Below, one piece after another: positions 1-9,486 of a stretch of DNA of 32,000 bases (the first letter of the stretch is position 1; every line of letters starts with the position of its first letter). Under the pieces are notes generated by a model. That model had not been told where the DNA came from. It saw nothing but the letters and a program-made list of their open reading frames with translations, and made no database searches. Source of the stretch: Candidatus Paracaedimonas acanthamoebae (GTDB taxonomy: Bacteria > Pseudomonadota > Alphaproteobacteria > Caedimonadales > Caedimonadaceae); the NCBI GenBank assembly GCA_000743035.1, contig CP008936.1:1350001-1382000 (forward strand), read 5' to 3'. A program made the position numbers and the translations under genes.

Positions 1-882
1 ACCTCAGCTATTCGCTCTGAAATCCCTTTTAATCAAATCAAAGGCTCTAAAATGGTTTTGGGGACCTTAGGGTTAATGGTTTTTCTGATCACCCTCTGCT
101 TGAGTAGCTCTATTCTTCTTGAACGCTCTCTACAAACATGGCGCCACGAAGCAACACAAGGTTTTACAGTGATCGTCCTCTCGGCGCCAGACCCACAACA
201 GCAATTTTTTCAACAAATAGAACTCATGAAATTTCTTAAAAAAATTCCTGGGGTTCTTAATATAGAAATTATCACTCAAGAGAAACGAACATCTATTTTT
301 GATCACTGGACGTATTCTGCTTCGACGCCATATTCTTCTCTTTCCTTTCAAGCTATTGAAGCGACATTAGATAGTCGCGTTAAAATGAGTTTTCCTGAAA
401 TTTCTTCAACACTTGAAACAAATTTTCCAAACGCCCGTTTTGAAGCAGGCCGAAAATCAAAAGAAACTTTTCTAAAAATCACCCAAGTTGCACAAATTTC
501 TGTCATGATACTTGCAGGGCTCATTGGGATCGCCGCAATATTTACCATTGCATTTACAACTCATGCAGGTCTTATCATTCATGAACGCGTTATTGAAATC
601 TTACGCTTAATTGGAGCTGAAGACCGTTTCATTGCAAAGCAATTTCAAAGACATGCTTTAAATCTCTCTGTTAAAGGTGGCATTTTAGGCTGTAGTCTTT
701 CAGCTCTCTTCTATTCCATATTAACATCGACGATTGATTTATCCCTACTTTCATTAACATCCAAAACTTTCCCTTATGCTGAAATCTGGAGCATTATTAT
801 GTTTTCTCCAATTCTCGTTGCTGTCATTATTATGATTTCAGCACGTACCACAGTTATGTTTGCACTTTCTCAGGAGTCATAA
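1..882 (+). CDS. ftsX: FtsX-like cell-division ABC transporter permease; 5' end probably lies outside the window (first in-window ATG at 52)
   Basis: The frame is open from base 1 with no stop before the ATG at 52. The layout is TM1, a ~120 aa periplasmic domain, then three C-terminal TMs. The FtsX-type segment ERVIEILRLIGAEDRFIAKQF is present. The gene lies upstream of the ydcF-plsC-DUF2125 cluster as in other alphaproteobacteria. Confidence 0.8.
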   Translation, partial: TSAIRSEIPFNQIKGSKMVLGTLGLMVFLITLCLSSSILLERSLQTWRHEATQGFTVIVLSAPDPQQQFFQQIELMKFLKKIPGVLNIEIITQEKRTSIFDHWTYSASTPYSSLSFQAIEATLDSRVKMSFPEISSTLETNFPNARFEAGRKSKETFLKITQVAQISVMILAGLIGIAAIFTIAFTTHAGLIIHERVIEILRLIGAEDRFIAKQFQRHALNLSVKGGILGCSLSALFYSILTSTIDLSLLSLTSKTFPYAEIWSIIMFSPILVAVIIMISARTTVMFALSQES

Positions 883-1470
883 GTGTTGGATCTAGTAATG
901 CTTGACCGAGATGGTGTAATCAATGTAGATCTCCCCACATCTGTAAGATCTTGGAAGGAGTTTACCTTTCTTCCCTCCGTAGAAAATGCCATTCACACCT
1001 TAAATCAAGCTAAAATCCCTGTGGCTATTATCACAAATCAGGCGATTGTAGGACGAAATGAGCTAAGTCTTGAAGAACTTAATAACATCCACCTTCAAAT
1101 GCAAAAAAGCCTTATGGAAAAAGGTGCCCATATTGATCATATCTTTTTTTGCACAGATACAACAATTGAGCCTCATTATCGTCGCAAACCAGCCCCAGGC
1201 ATGCTCTTAGAAGCCTTAAAACACTTTAACGCACGGCCTGCCCACTCTTATATGATTGGGGATGCGTTACGAGATCTTGAAGCCGCCTATTATGCTGGCT
1301 GCCAACGAATTCTCGTACGGACAGGTAAAGGAATTATAACTGAAAAAGATGGAATCCCAACTTTTTTAGAACCTCTCCCAATTTACGATAATTTGTTAAC
1401 CGCAGTAAAAGCTCTTTTAGAAAAGCTAGACGATTTCTCTGCCAACGCTTATATTACCGAGCATCATTAA
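883..1470 (+). CDS. HAD-IIIA family phosphatase, GmhB-like (D,D-heptose 1,7-bisphosphate phosphatase family)
   Basis: HAD motif I is DRDGVIN, followed by ITNQ, RRKPAPGM and GDALRDLEAA motifs. A GTG at 883 abuts the ftsX stop; an ATG at 898 (MLDRDGVIN) is an alternative start. The Zn-binding CxH...CxC of canonical GmhB is absent, so specificity is uncertain. Confidence 0.7.
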   Translation: MLDLVMLDRDGVINVDLPTSVRSWKEFTFLPSVENAIHTLNQAKIPVAIITNQAIVGRNELSLEELNNIHLQMQKSLMEKGAHIDHIFFCTDTTIEPHYRRKPAPGMLLEALKHFNARPAHSYMIGDALRDLEAAYYAGCQRILVRTGKGIITEKDGIPTFLEPLPIYDNLLTAVKALLEKLDDFSANAYITEHH

Positions 1471-1485
1471 AGGATATCACTTCCC

Positions 1486-2097
1486 ATGAAACGTTGGTTT
1501 CTCATTCTAGCGCTTACAAGCTTTCTCAGTTGGGGTCTAGGCCTGCTATGGTTCGCTAACAGCATTCAAAAGGATGTGCTACCACCTGAACAGCCAACCG
1601 ATGCTATCATTGTGCTGACGGGCGGTGCTGAACGGGTAGCAACAGGCTTATCTCTTTTATCTCGTGGGTTAGCTCAGCGGCTTTTTATTTCTGGCGTTCA
1701 TGAGCAAGTAAAAATAAAAGATCTGTTATCGCAAATTCCTTTAAATGAACGAGAGAAAATTAACCCTGCAACAATTGATTTAGGATACGCAGCGGCCAAT
1801 ACCACACAAAATGCCCAGGAAACAGCCCAATGGGTTCGAAAAAATCATATTCAAACACTTCGCTTGGTGACTGCTAATTATCATATGCGTCGAAGCTTAT
1901 TAGAGTTTTCTCAGCGCTTACCGGAGGTCCAAATTATTCCCCACCCCATCTCACCCAAAAATTTTCATGATAAAATGTGGTGGCAGTGGCCAGGTACTTT
2001 TGATTTAATGATCCGAGAATATCATAAGCTTTTAGGTGCCCTGGGCCAATATTGCTTAAGACAGCTTACTTTAAAAGGAATTAGTGCTTTGTCATGA
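1486..2097 (+). CDS. YdcF/DUF218 family (ElyC/SanA-like) envelope protein
   Basis: There is an N-terminal TM helix, then IIVLTGGAERV...ISG...NTTQNAQETAQW...LVTANYHMRRS, the typical DUF218 core. Confidence 0.75.
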   Translation: MKRWFLILALTSFLSWGLGLLWFANSIQKDVLPPEQPTDAIIVLTGGAERVATGLSLLSRGLAQRLFISGVHEQVKIKDLLSQIPLNEREKINPATIDLGYAAANTTQNAQETAQWVRKNHIQTLRLVTANYHMRRSLLEFSQRLPEVQIIPHPISPKNFHDKMWWQWPGTFDLMIREYHKLLGALGQYCLRQLTLKGISALS

Positions 2098-2822
2098 TGA
2101 TTTTTATCCGCTCAATCATTTTTAATATCTTATTTTATGTTTGGACTTTTATCATTGTCATAAGTGCCTTACCTGCTCTCATAGTGGGTCGGCATTGGAC
2201 TCATTGTGCCGCTCGATATTGGGGACATGGCGTAACTTTGTTGCTTCGCCTCGCCTGCATCCAAGTTGAAATTCGTGGGCGTCATCATCTCCCTTCGGAA
2301 CCAGTTATTGTTGCTTCTAAACACCAGTCTGCATGGGAAACAGCAATGATTGAAGTCTTTGTTCCTGAAGCTGTCATTATTTTAAAAAAAGAGCTCATTA
2401 TGATTCCCTTGTTTGGTCGCCTACTTTTAAACGCAGGGATGATCAGCATTGACCGTTCTAAGGGAAGAAGTGTCATTCCTCAAATGGTTGAAGGTGCGAA
2501 ACGTGCAAGAGAACAAGGACGTTCAATTTTTATTTTCCCTGAAGGCACACGTACAGCCGCAGGTGAACGCGGAACCTATCGTTATGGAACTTATGCTCTG
2601 TACCATAAGACAGGCATGAAAGTTGTCCCTGCTGCTCATAATGCGGGTTTTTTTTGGCCACGTCGAAAATTCCTTAAAATACCAGGAAAAATTATTTTTG
2701 AATTTCTCCCCCCTATTGAACCAGGTCTTTCTGAAAAAGACTTTATGAAAAAACTAGAAGATTCTATCGAAAATGCCTCAGAAAATCTTAATCCTTTGAA
2801 AAAGGGTCCCAAACTTCAATGA
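2094..2822 (+). CDS. plsC: 1-acyl-sn-glycerol-3-phosphate (lysophospholipid) acyltransferase
   Basis: The acyltransferase motifs are present: H-x4-E/D variant KHQSAWET, FPEGTR and VVPAAHN. The start overlaps the ydcF-like stop in ATGA (2094-2097). Confidence 0.85.
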   Translation: MMIFIRSIIFNILFYVWTFIIVISALPALIVGRHWTHCAARYWGHGVTLLLRLACIQVEIRGRHHLPSEPVIVASKHQSAWETAMIEVFVPEAVIILKKELIMIPLFGRLLLNAGMISIDRSKGRSVIPQMVEGAKRAREQGRSIFIFPEGTRTAAGERGTYRYGTYALYHKTGMKVVPAAHNAGFFWPRRKFLKIPGKIIFEFLPPIEPGLSEKDFMKKLEDSIENASENLNPLKKGPKLQ

Positions 2823-3931
2823 AACTATCACAGAGCTCAAAACGACATCAATGGCTTCCGCGGATAAGTGTTATTACTCTCTTATTAATTTCTGCGGGGT
2901 ATACATATTTATGGTTCAACCAGGCTCACTGGCTTGAAGAAAGAGTTAATCGCGAGATTGCCTTACTTCAGACCAACCAAAAGACAACTCTCGTCCATGA
3001 AGGTGTAAAAGTTACAGGATTTCCTTGGAAGCTAGAAGTTAAAATCCACAACCCTCGCCTCGCCTCTACACAATGGGGCGCAATGCTTCTTCAAATAGAT
3101 GGCCTACTTGAGGTTGAATCAACTGTTTGGTCTCCTGAAATAATTGTCGTTAATGCTCTCGGAAAAACGAAGCTTACTTATACTCCTGCTCCTCAATTTG
3201 CCTCTTTGATGCTTGAATTCGAGGATTTTCAAGGAAGTTTTGAGATCTACCACAAAGACTACCTTTTAAAGACACTTAAGCTTTATGATCTGCATTTAAA
3301 AATGTTGAAAAATAGAGTTAAAGTTAAAGAGATTTCTCTCTCGATGCCCATACAGGGAAAGCTTATCCGCCCATCTCTAACAAGCATTGCAACTGCGACC
3401 TCGCAAGAAAAAATACTTTCGAACTCTGATCGTTCTCGTTCTTTTGCTTTAAAAATTTATCGCATGAAGATAAATGAGGATTCCGCAACAAAACTCCCTT
3501 CTCTTCTTGAATCGGTTGAAGCAACCATTCACCTCGAAGAAGCTTTTAATCCTTTTGCAGTAAATCCTTTCAAAGAATGGACAGCAAAAGGAGGCTTCCT
3601 TGAAATTGAAAAACTTTCTTTTGAGTGGGGTTCTCTTAAAGGCGAAGGGGATGGAACTTTCGCTTTCGATCATAAATCACAACCTCTTGCAGCATTTTCA
3701 ACAAAAATTTCTGGTTTAGAAACATTTCTTGATCATCTTGCCCAAGAAAAAATAATCCGTAAAAACATCGCTTCGATGGCGAAACTTTCCTTAGGATTAT
3801 TGCAGGATAAATCTACATCTTACGGTGAATCTCCTCGTCACACCATTGCCTTGAGTCTTCAAAAAGGCGATCTTTCAATTGGCCCTTTAACAATTGCAAA
3901 GCTTCCAAAAATAGAGTGGCCTTTACGATAA
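2819..3931 (+). CDS. Membrane-anchored hypothetical protein, likely DUF2125 family
   Basis: There is an N-terminal TM (ISVITLLLISAGYTYLWF) followed by a large soluble domain. The position directly after plsC, with an ATGA overlap, matches the alphaproteobacterial plsC-DUF2125 pairing as I recall it. Family assignment was not verified by any search. Confidence 0.45.
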   Translation: MKLSQSSKRHQWLPRISVITLLLISAGYTYLWFNQAHWLEERVNREIALLQTNQKTTLVHEGVKVTGFPWKLEVKIHNPRLASTQWGAMLLQIDGLLEVESTVWSPEIIVVNALGKTKLTYTPAPQFASLMLEFEDFQGSFEIYHKDYLLKTLKLYDLHLKMLKNRVKVKEISLSMPIQGKLIRPSLTSIATATSQEKILSNSDRSRSFALKIYRMKINEDSATKLPSLLESVEATIHLEEAFNPFAVNPFKEWTAKGGFLEIEKLSFEWGSLKGEGDGTFAFDHKSQPLAAFSTKISGLETFLDHLAQEKIIRKNIASMAKLSLGLLQDKSTSYGESPRHTIALSLQKGDLSIGPLTIAKLPKIEWPLR

Positions 3932-4062
3932 AATTCGTCAATTTTACCATACTCCTGTCGAGAGTTTTTAGATAAAAGGGACGCAGCTTATAAAAAAGAA
4001 ATCAACTTAGGGACAGAAGGATTCATCAGCTTATTATAGAAGTATTTTATAAAGCAAAAAAG

Positions 4063-4590
4063 TTATGATGCATCTATAATTATTTGCGTTTTAGGCATTT
4101 TTGTGGCTAATTCTTCTATGTCTTTTGGAGAAAATCTATTATAAGTAAGCTTTAGACAAGATAGATTTTTTAAAGTTGTTAAAGACTCAAGGGATGGCCT
4201 AGTAAAACTATTGTTTGATAAATCAAGATACTTGAGTTCCGGGAACTTCCCTAATTTTTCCAATGCAGCATCAGTGAAATAATTATCGGCAAGAAAAAGG
4301 CCATGTATCCAATGGGCATAAGGAATTAATTTATCTAAAGCATCATTACCAAGTTCTCTGTCTATAAGATTGACACTTACAGGCCCAAAATGTGCCAGTT
4401 GTTCTTCAAGGCTACTCTTATTATCAGGATAAAAATTTTGAGTGTCCTTTTCTGGATTATCATCATACTGATAAACGCATACGGATCGGAAAAATGCACT
4501 ATCTTCTTCTGTAGCAGATGTAGCAAAGCATAAGGAGTCACTTATGAGATAACAGAAGACACCTATAGAGAGACTTTTAAGAATACGCAT
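4063..4590 (-). CDS. Secreted leucine-rich-repeat (LRR) protein
   Basis: The signal peptide is MRILKSLSIGVFCYLISDSLCFA. At least three C-terminal LRR units are visible (LKYLDLSNNSFTRPSLESL, LKNLSCLKLTYNRFSP, GLFLADNYFTDAALEKL). The ORF track extends to 4629, but the ATG at 4590 gives the canonical signal peptide. The gene is visibly more A+T-rich than the flanking core genes. Confidence 0.7.
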   Translation of the reverse strand: MRILKSLSIGVFCYLISDSLCFATSATEEDSAFFRSVCVYQYDDNPEKDTQNFYPDNKSSLEEQLAHFGPVSVNLIDRELGNDALDKLIPYAHWIHGLFLADNYFTDAALEKLGKFPELKYLDLSNNSFTRPSLESLTTLKNLSCLKLTYNRFSPKDIEELATKMPKTQIIIDAS

Positions 4591-4735
4591 AAAAAAAACT
4601 CCTTCTTTATTTAGCATGTATAATAACATTATTCTGAATTGAACTTTCTAGACAAACAACCATGATTATAGTACATTAAAAAATAGGAAAAAAGATAGTA
4701 TAAAGAGAGTGACTCATTCCTTAAAAGAGTAGCTT

Positions 4736-5200
4736 CTAGCCCATGTTTTGAGGTCGGTTATAGCGGCCTATAAGAATAGCTTGAGAAATAATAGAGGATT
4801 GCATCGCTTCTTCAATCTCTCTTTTGCTCGCTCCATGAGGAAGATCCAACATGATACTAAGAGCATAAAGCTTAAAAAAGTAACGGTGCTCACGATCTGG
4901 CGGGCATGGCCCTCCATAATCGTTTCTCTGCCAACTATTTATACCAACTTTTGCCCCCTCTGGAAGCTGCGCTATGCCAGCCTCTAATTTTATTATATTT
5001 GAAGGAATATTGAATAGCAACCAATGGTCCCATGTCCCCATGGGAGCATCAGGATCATCCATGATAAGGACAAAGGATTTTGTCTCTTCAGGTGCGCCTG
5101 TCCATTCAAGAGAAGGTGATAAATCTTCACCATCACAGCTAAAGCGTGTAGGGATAATGCCGTTATTCACGAAGTCTGTGCTTTTAATGGTAAACGTCAT
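4736..5200 (-). CDS. YbhB/YbcL family phosphatidylethanolamine-binding (Raf kinase inhibitor-like) protein
   Basis: The PEBP signatures DDPDAP...WDHW and GPCPP...HRYFFKLYAL are present. An ATG at 5200 (MTFTIKSTDF) is preferred; a GTG at 5212 is possible. Confidence 0.85.
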   Translation of the reverse strand: MTFTIKSTDFVNNGIIPTRFSCDGEDLSPSLEWTGAPEETKSFVLIMDDPDAPMGTWDHWLLFNIPSNIIKLEAGIAQLPEGAKVGINSWQRNDYGGPCPPDREHRYFFKLYALSIMLDLPHGASKREIEEAMQSSIISQAILIGRYNRPQNMG

Positions 5201-5308
5201 TGATCGAACCACATTGTTTTAAGCTATATTTATATTTTAATAGATAAAGAATATAAATTCAAACCTTCGATGCGTGAGAATTAAGTTTCTCTATATTCTC
5301 TTACTCTC

Positions 5309-7078
5309 TTATTTATTATAATGCTTGTAGGGAAAATTAATATTATTCGGCGCATTCTGCCAAAGATGGTAATAAATCCCCCTCTTTTGGATCAGTACAT
5401 CATGATGCCCGTCTTCTACAATAACACCATTTTGAAATACAAGAATGCGATCCATATCAATAAGTGTTGAAAGGCGATGAGCAATAGCTAAAACTGTTTT
5501 ATTTTTTATAACTTCAGATAAACTTTTTTGAAGGTAATATTCTGTGACAGGGTCTAATTCTGAGCTAATTTCATCTAATATTATAATCTTGGCAGGCTTA
5601 AGGAGAGCTCTTGCAATTGCAATACATTGTCTTTGACCTCCTGAAAGTTTCACACCCCGCTCACCTACAACTGTATTATAGCCTTCTGGGAGCTCCTTAA
5701 TGAATTCATCCGCGCATGCTAACCTCGCCGCTTTTATAACATCTTTCTTTGATGCTTGAAGATTGCCATATGCTATATTTTCATAAATAGAACGATTAAA
5801 CAGCAAAGGATCTTGAGGGATAAAACTAATTGATTCATGTAAGCTGCTTTGAGTAACTTCAGTAATTTTTTGGCCATCAATAAGGATAGCTCCATGTTCT
5901 ATCTCAAACAATCTTAAGATAAGATTCACAAACGTTGACTTGCCGCTCCCTGAGTACCCCACAAGCCCTACTTTTTGTTGTGGCTGGATAGTGGTTGATA
6001 GATTATCGAACAAAGGATAAGTCTTCACATAGGAAAAACTAATATTCCTAAATTCAATTTTCCCAGTTTTCACCTTTAAAGTAACTGCATTAGGAGAATC
6101 TATAATTTCATCCGAAGTTTGAATTAAGTTAATAGCTGTAGAACATTTTCCAAGATTTTCAAAGAATTTGAGAGAATCATGTACAATATCTTGTAAACTA
6201 TTAGCTATCATAATAGTAATTGTAAGCGTTAATGCAATATCACCAATTGAAACAAGCCCTTTTTGTCTGAGATAAATGAGATAAATTAAAATAACTGATA
6301 TTAATATCGCGAGGAATAATGAAATTACAAACTGATTCATAAGAATTATCCATTGTAATTCTTGAGAGGTTTTTGCTTCAACTCTTGCTTGATGCGATAC
6401 ATAAGCTAATTCATATTTTCGCCTTGCAAAGAGTATAGCAGCTAAAATATTACTAATGCTATCAACTAGATAGCCAAAAAAAACGGCGTAAGTTTCCAAA
6501 TAACGCATCGCATATTGATAAGGTTTTCTTGTAAGTGTATAATTGATAAATATAAAAAGTGTGGCTCCAGTAATTAGGATTATGGAAAAATAAGGATGGA
6601 CTGTTCTTCCCATAACATAGCAAGCAATTAATAAAGCAACAACTCTTGCAAAAAAACGGTAGATTGTAAGATTAATTAAATATTGTGCTGCATCTGCCAA
6701 TTCTCCGATTTTTGTTGCGATAGCTCCCCCAAAATGGGATTGAAAATATGCATAGCTCTTTCGTTGAACAAGCTGAAAGCATTTTAAAATAAGATCATTC
6801 CGAAACAATGGAACCATCTTTAAATAAATGTAGTCACTTAATCTAAAGATAAAAACTCCCAAAATGCTAAGAATAATATAAAAAATAATAGGCCAAGACA
6901 GAAAGAAACTTGCTTCACTTTGTTGTGGCATAATTTCGAGCTTATCAATAATCACCTTAATAAGATAAGGTCGGACCGAAAGATCAACAGCCCAAAATAT
7001 CTCGATTAAAATAAGCCCAACAGCATGTAAAATATAAGGTTTTAAAGCATCTAAGAGAAAATTAACAGTTGCTCGCAC
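5309..7078 (-). CDS. ABC exporter half-transporter (fused 6-TM permease plus ATPase, MsbA/multidrug-like)
   Basis: The ATPase motifs are Walker A GYSGSGKST, signature LSGGQRQ, Walker B IIILDE and H-loop AHRL, with an N-terminal 6-TM domain. The start is GTG. There is no adjacent partner, adaptor or substrate gene. Confidence 0.9.
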   Translation of the reverse strand: MRATVNFLLDALKPYILHAVGLILIEIFWAVDLSVRPYLIKVIIDKLEIMPQQSEASFFLSWPIIFYIILSILGVFIFRLSDYIYLKMVPLFRNDLILKCFQLVQRKSYAYFQSHFGGAIATKIGELADAAQYLINLTIYRFFARVVALLIACYVMGRTVHPYFSIILITGATLFIFINYTLTRKPYQYAMRYLETYAVFFGYLVDSISNILAAILFARRKYELAYVSHQARVEAKTSQELQWIILMNQFVISLFLAILISVILIYLIYLRQKGLVSIGDIALTLTITIMIANSLQDIVHDSLKFFENLGKCSTAINLIQTSDEIIDSPNAVTLKVKTGKIEFRNISFSYVKTYPLFDNLSTTIQPQQKVGLVGYSGSGKSTFVNLILRLFEIEHGAILIDGQKITEVTQSSLHESISFIPQDPLLFNRSIYENIAYGNLQASKKDVIKAARLACADEFIKELPEGYNTVVGERGVKLSGGQRQCIAIARALLKPAKIIILDEISSELDPVTEYYLQKSLSEVIKNKTVLAIAHRLSTLIDMDRILVFQNGVIVEDGHHDVLIQKRGIYYHLWQNAPNNINFPYKHYNK

Positions 7079-7299
7079 TATGATTATACCCTTAAAATTT
7101 TAAGGATAGTATATAATGCCTCAAAGGAATATTAAAGCTCATATAATTTGAGATACTTAACTAAAGGATGATAATAAGGGATTAAGAAAAGTTTCAAGGG
7201 TATCTCTATTCTGTAAATGATAGCAAAATAGGAAAGAATCTTGGCCTTAACGCTCAATATAATGTGAAGAAAGTTATTAAGTCCTCAAAAAGGTGGCTT

Positions 7300-8058
7300 C
7301 TAGCCTATTTTTTCAGCACATAAGATATAGTTAACGCTTAAGTTTTTGGATAGTTGCCAGGTCTTGTATAAAGGTTTAAAGCGCATCCCTTGAAGATCTT
7401 TGATAACGAATCCTATCTTGCGCAAATGAGCATCAACTTCAGATGGTTTAAGAAATTTATACCATTGATGGGTCCCTCGTGGAAGGAGCCTTAGAATATA
7501 TTCAGCTCCCAAAATGGCTGTTAAATAAGAAGGAGGGGTTCGATTCAGAGTACTTAAAAACAAGAGGCCTTTTGGCTGTAAAAGAGAAGCACACGCCTGT
7601 AAGAAACTATGGACATCTGCCACATGCTCTATGACTTCAAGAGCCATAACAGCATGATACTTATGGTTTTTCTGTGCAAACTCTTCAATAGAACTGTTAA
7701 GATAGGTGATATTAAGGCCTTGCGCTTCGGCGCGATGGCGCGCAATAGAAAGGCTTGATTCCGCTAAGTCAAGTCCTGTTACAGCCGCACCTAAACGTGC
7801 CAAAGGCTCGGTCAACAACCCTGCTCCAGAACCTACATCTAGTAAGGATAAATTCTTTAATGGCGCAAGATCTGAAACGCCTTGATGAAAATGCGCAATG
7901 AGATGATCACGAATAAACTTCAAGCGAAGAGGATTCATTTGATGCAAAGGCTTCATGGGACCTTCTGGATTCCACCATTGATCTGCAAGACGCGCAAAGT
8001 TTTTTACTTCTTCTTGATCAACAGAAGCTGGGTGTGTCATTTCTTGAGACCTTTCCAT
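7300..8058 (-). CDS. ubiG: Bifunctional 3-demethylubiquinol 3-O-methyltransferase / 2-polyprenyl-6-hydroxyphenol methylase
   Basis: FARLADQWWNPEGPMKPLHQMNPLRLKFI plus the SAM motif LLDVGSGAGLL is characteristic of UbiG. The gene is divergent from lysC as in many alphaproteobacteria. Confidence 0.9.
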   Translation of the reverse strand: MERSQEMTHPASVDQEEVKNFARLADQWWNPEGPMKPLHQMNPLRLKFIRDHLIAHFHQGVSDLAPLKNLSLLDVGSGAGLLTEPLARLGAAVTGLDLAESSLSIARHRAEAQGLNITYLNSSIEEFAQKNHKYHAVMALEVIEHVADVHSFLQACASLLQPKGLLFLSTLNRTPPSYLTAILGAEYILRLLPRGTHQWYKFLKPSEVDAHLRKIGFVIKDLQGMRFKPLYKTWQLSKNLSVNYILCAEKIG

Positions 8059-8142
8059 TTACCCTTTATTAATGCTTACTATAGCTTTTTGTGATATAAG
8101 AAGAAACTGAATATAATAAAGAATTTTTGGAACCACTTGCAA

Positions 8143-9381
8143 ATGGCACTTATTGTTCAAAAATTTGGAGGAACTTCAGTTGCTGGAATCCCGCAAATTC
8201 AGAACGCTGCGCGTCGTATTGCTTATGAATGTAAACGGGGTCATAAAGTTGTGGCCGTTGTCTCAGCCATGGCAGGGATGACTGACCAACTCCTAAGCTA
8301 TATTCAAGCAACAACCCCAAATCCCAACCCACAAGAAATTGATGTTGTCCTGACGTCAGGAGAACAGGTAACATGCGGTTTATTAGCCTTGGCCTTACAG
8401 AATTTTAATATCTCGGCTCGGTCTTACCTGGCATGGCAAATCCCGCTGGAAACAGATGACACCCATACAAAAGCCCGCGTTAAAGAAATCTCAACGCATG
8501 CTATTGAAAAAACTCTAAATGCAAATGCTGTTCCAATTATTGCGGGATTTCAAGGCATCGGGTCTGAGGGACGATTAACCACCTTTGGGCGAGGCGGCTC
8601 AGATGTGACGGCGGTCGCATTAGCCGCTGTCCTTAAAGCAGACCGTTGTGATCTTTACAAAGACGTTTCAGGGATTTATACAGCTGATCCAAAAATTGTT
8701 GAACAAGCCAGAAAACTTGATCAAATTGGCTACAAATCAATGCTCGAATTAGCCTCACTTGGTTCAAAAGTTATTCAACATCGAGCTGTTGAACTTGCCA
8801 TGGCCTACAAGATTCCTGTACGAATCTTCTCCAGTTTTGAAGAAAGTATTGGAACGCAAATTATAGATGAGGAACAAATGATTGAACGGCCTTTAGTTAG
8901 TGGCATTGTTGCCAACACACAAGAAGTAAGTATTTGTTTGGAAATAACTCGCGAACCATCAAAAACAATGGCTCGTATCTTTGATTGTTTTGCTCAAGCA
9001 CACATTGGTATTGACATGATTCAGCATGCCAAAATTTCAGAAGGTCATACTTTCTCACTTTCCTTTACGGTCAATCAAATAGATTTGCAAACATGCTTAC
9101 GGATTTTGGAGGACGAAGGAATTGCAACGTACACCACTAATGAAAAAACGTCGAAAGTTTCAGTTGTTGGTGTCGGGTTACGTAGCCATAGTCATTTGAC
9201 AAGTTTATTATTTCAAACGCTTTCCGCAAAAAATATCGAACTTTTTGGAATTTCAACTTCTGAGATTCGAATCAGCGTTTTAATTGATCAAGATTTTACA
9301 GAACTTGCTGTTAGAGCACTTCATCATGCTTATAACTTAGAGCATTCTTCCCAAGCTCCGCACCTATATGCTATTGCTTAA
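8143..9381 (+). CDS. lysC: Aspartate kinase
   Basis: MALIVQKFGGTSVA, GRGGSD and the C-terminal ACT-domain region are present. An ATG at 8143 is preferred over the in-frame TTG at 8137. Confidence 0.95.
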   Translation: MALIVQKFGGTSVAGIPQIQNAARRIAYECKRGHKVVAVVSAMAGMTDQLLSYIQATTPNPNPQEIDVVLTSGEQVTCGLLALALQNFNISARSYLAWQIPLETDDTHTKARVKEISTHAIEKTLNANAVPIIAGFQGIGSEGRLTTFGRGGSDVTAVALAAVLKADRCDLYKDVSGIYTADPKIVEQARKLDQIGYKSMLELASLGSKVIQHRAVELAMAYKIPVRIFSSFEESIGTQIIDEEQMIERPLVSGIVANTQEVSICLEITREPSKTMARIFDCFAQAHIGIDMIQHAKISEGHTFSLSFTVNQIDLQTCLRILEDEGIATYTTNEKTSKVSVVGVGLRSHSHLTSLLFQTLSAKNIELFGISTSEIRISVLIDQDFTELAVRALHHAYNLEHSSQAPHLYAIA

Positions 9382-9486
9382 TAAGATCGTTCCTTTTAAA
9401 GTACATAAGTCTATTATTTAAAACTTTTTGCTTGTTTATTTTAATAGTTAATTATTCACTTTACGATAGCTTAGTGGAGAAACTCA

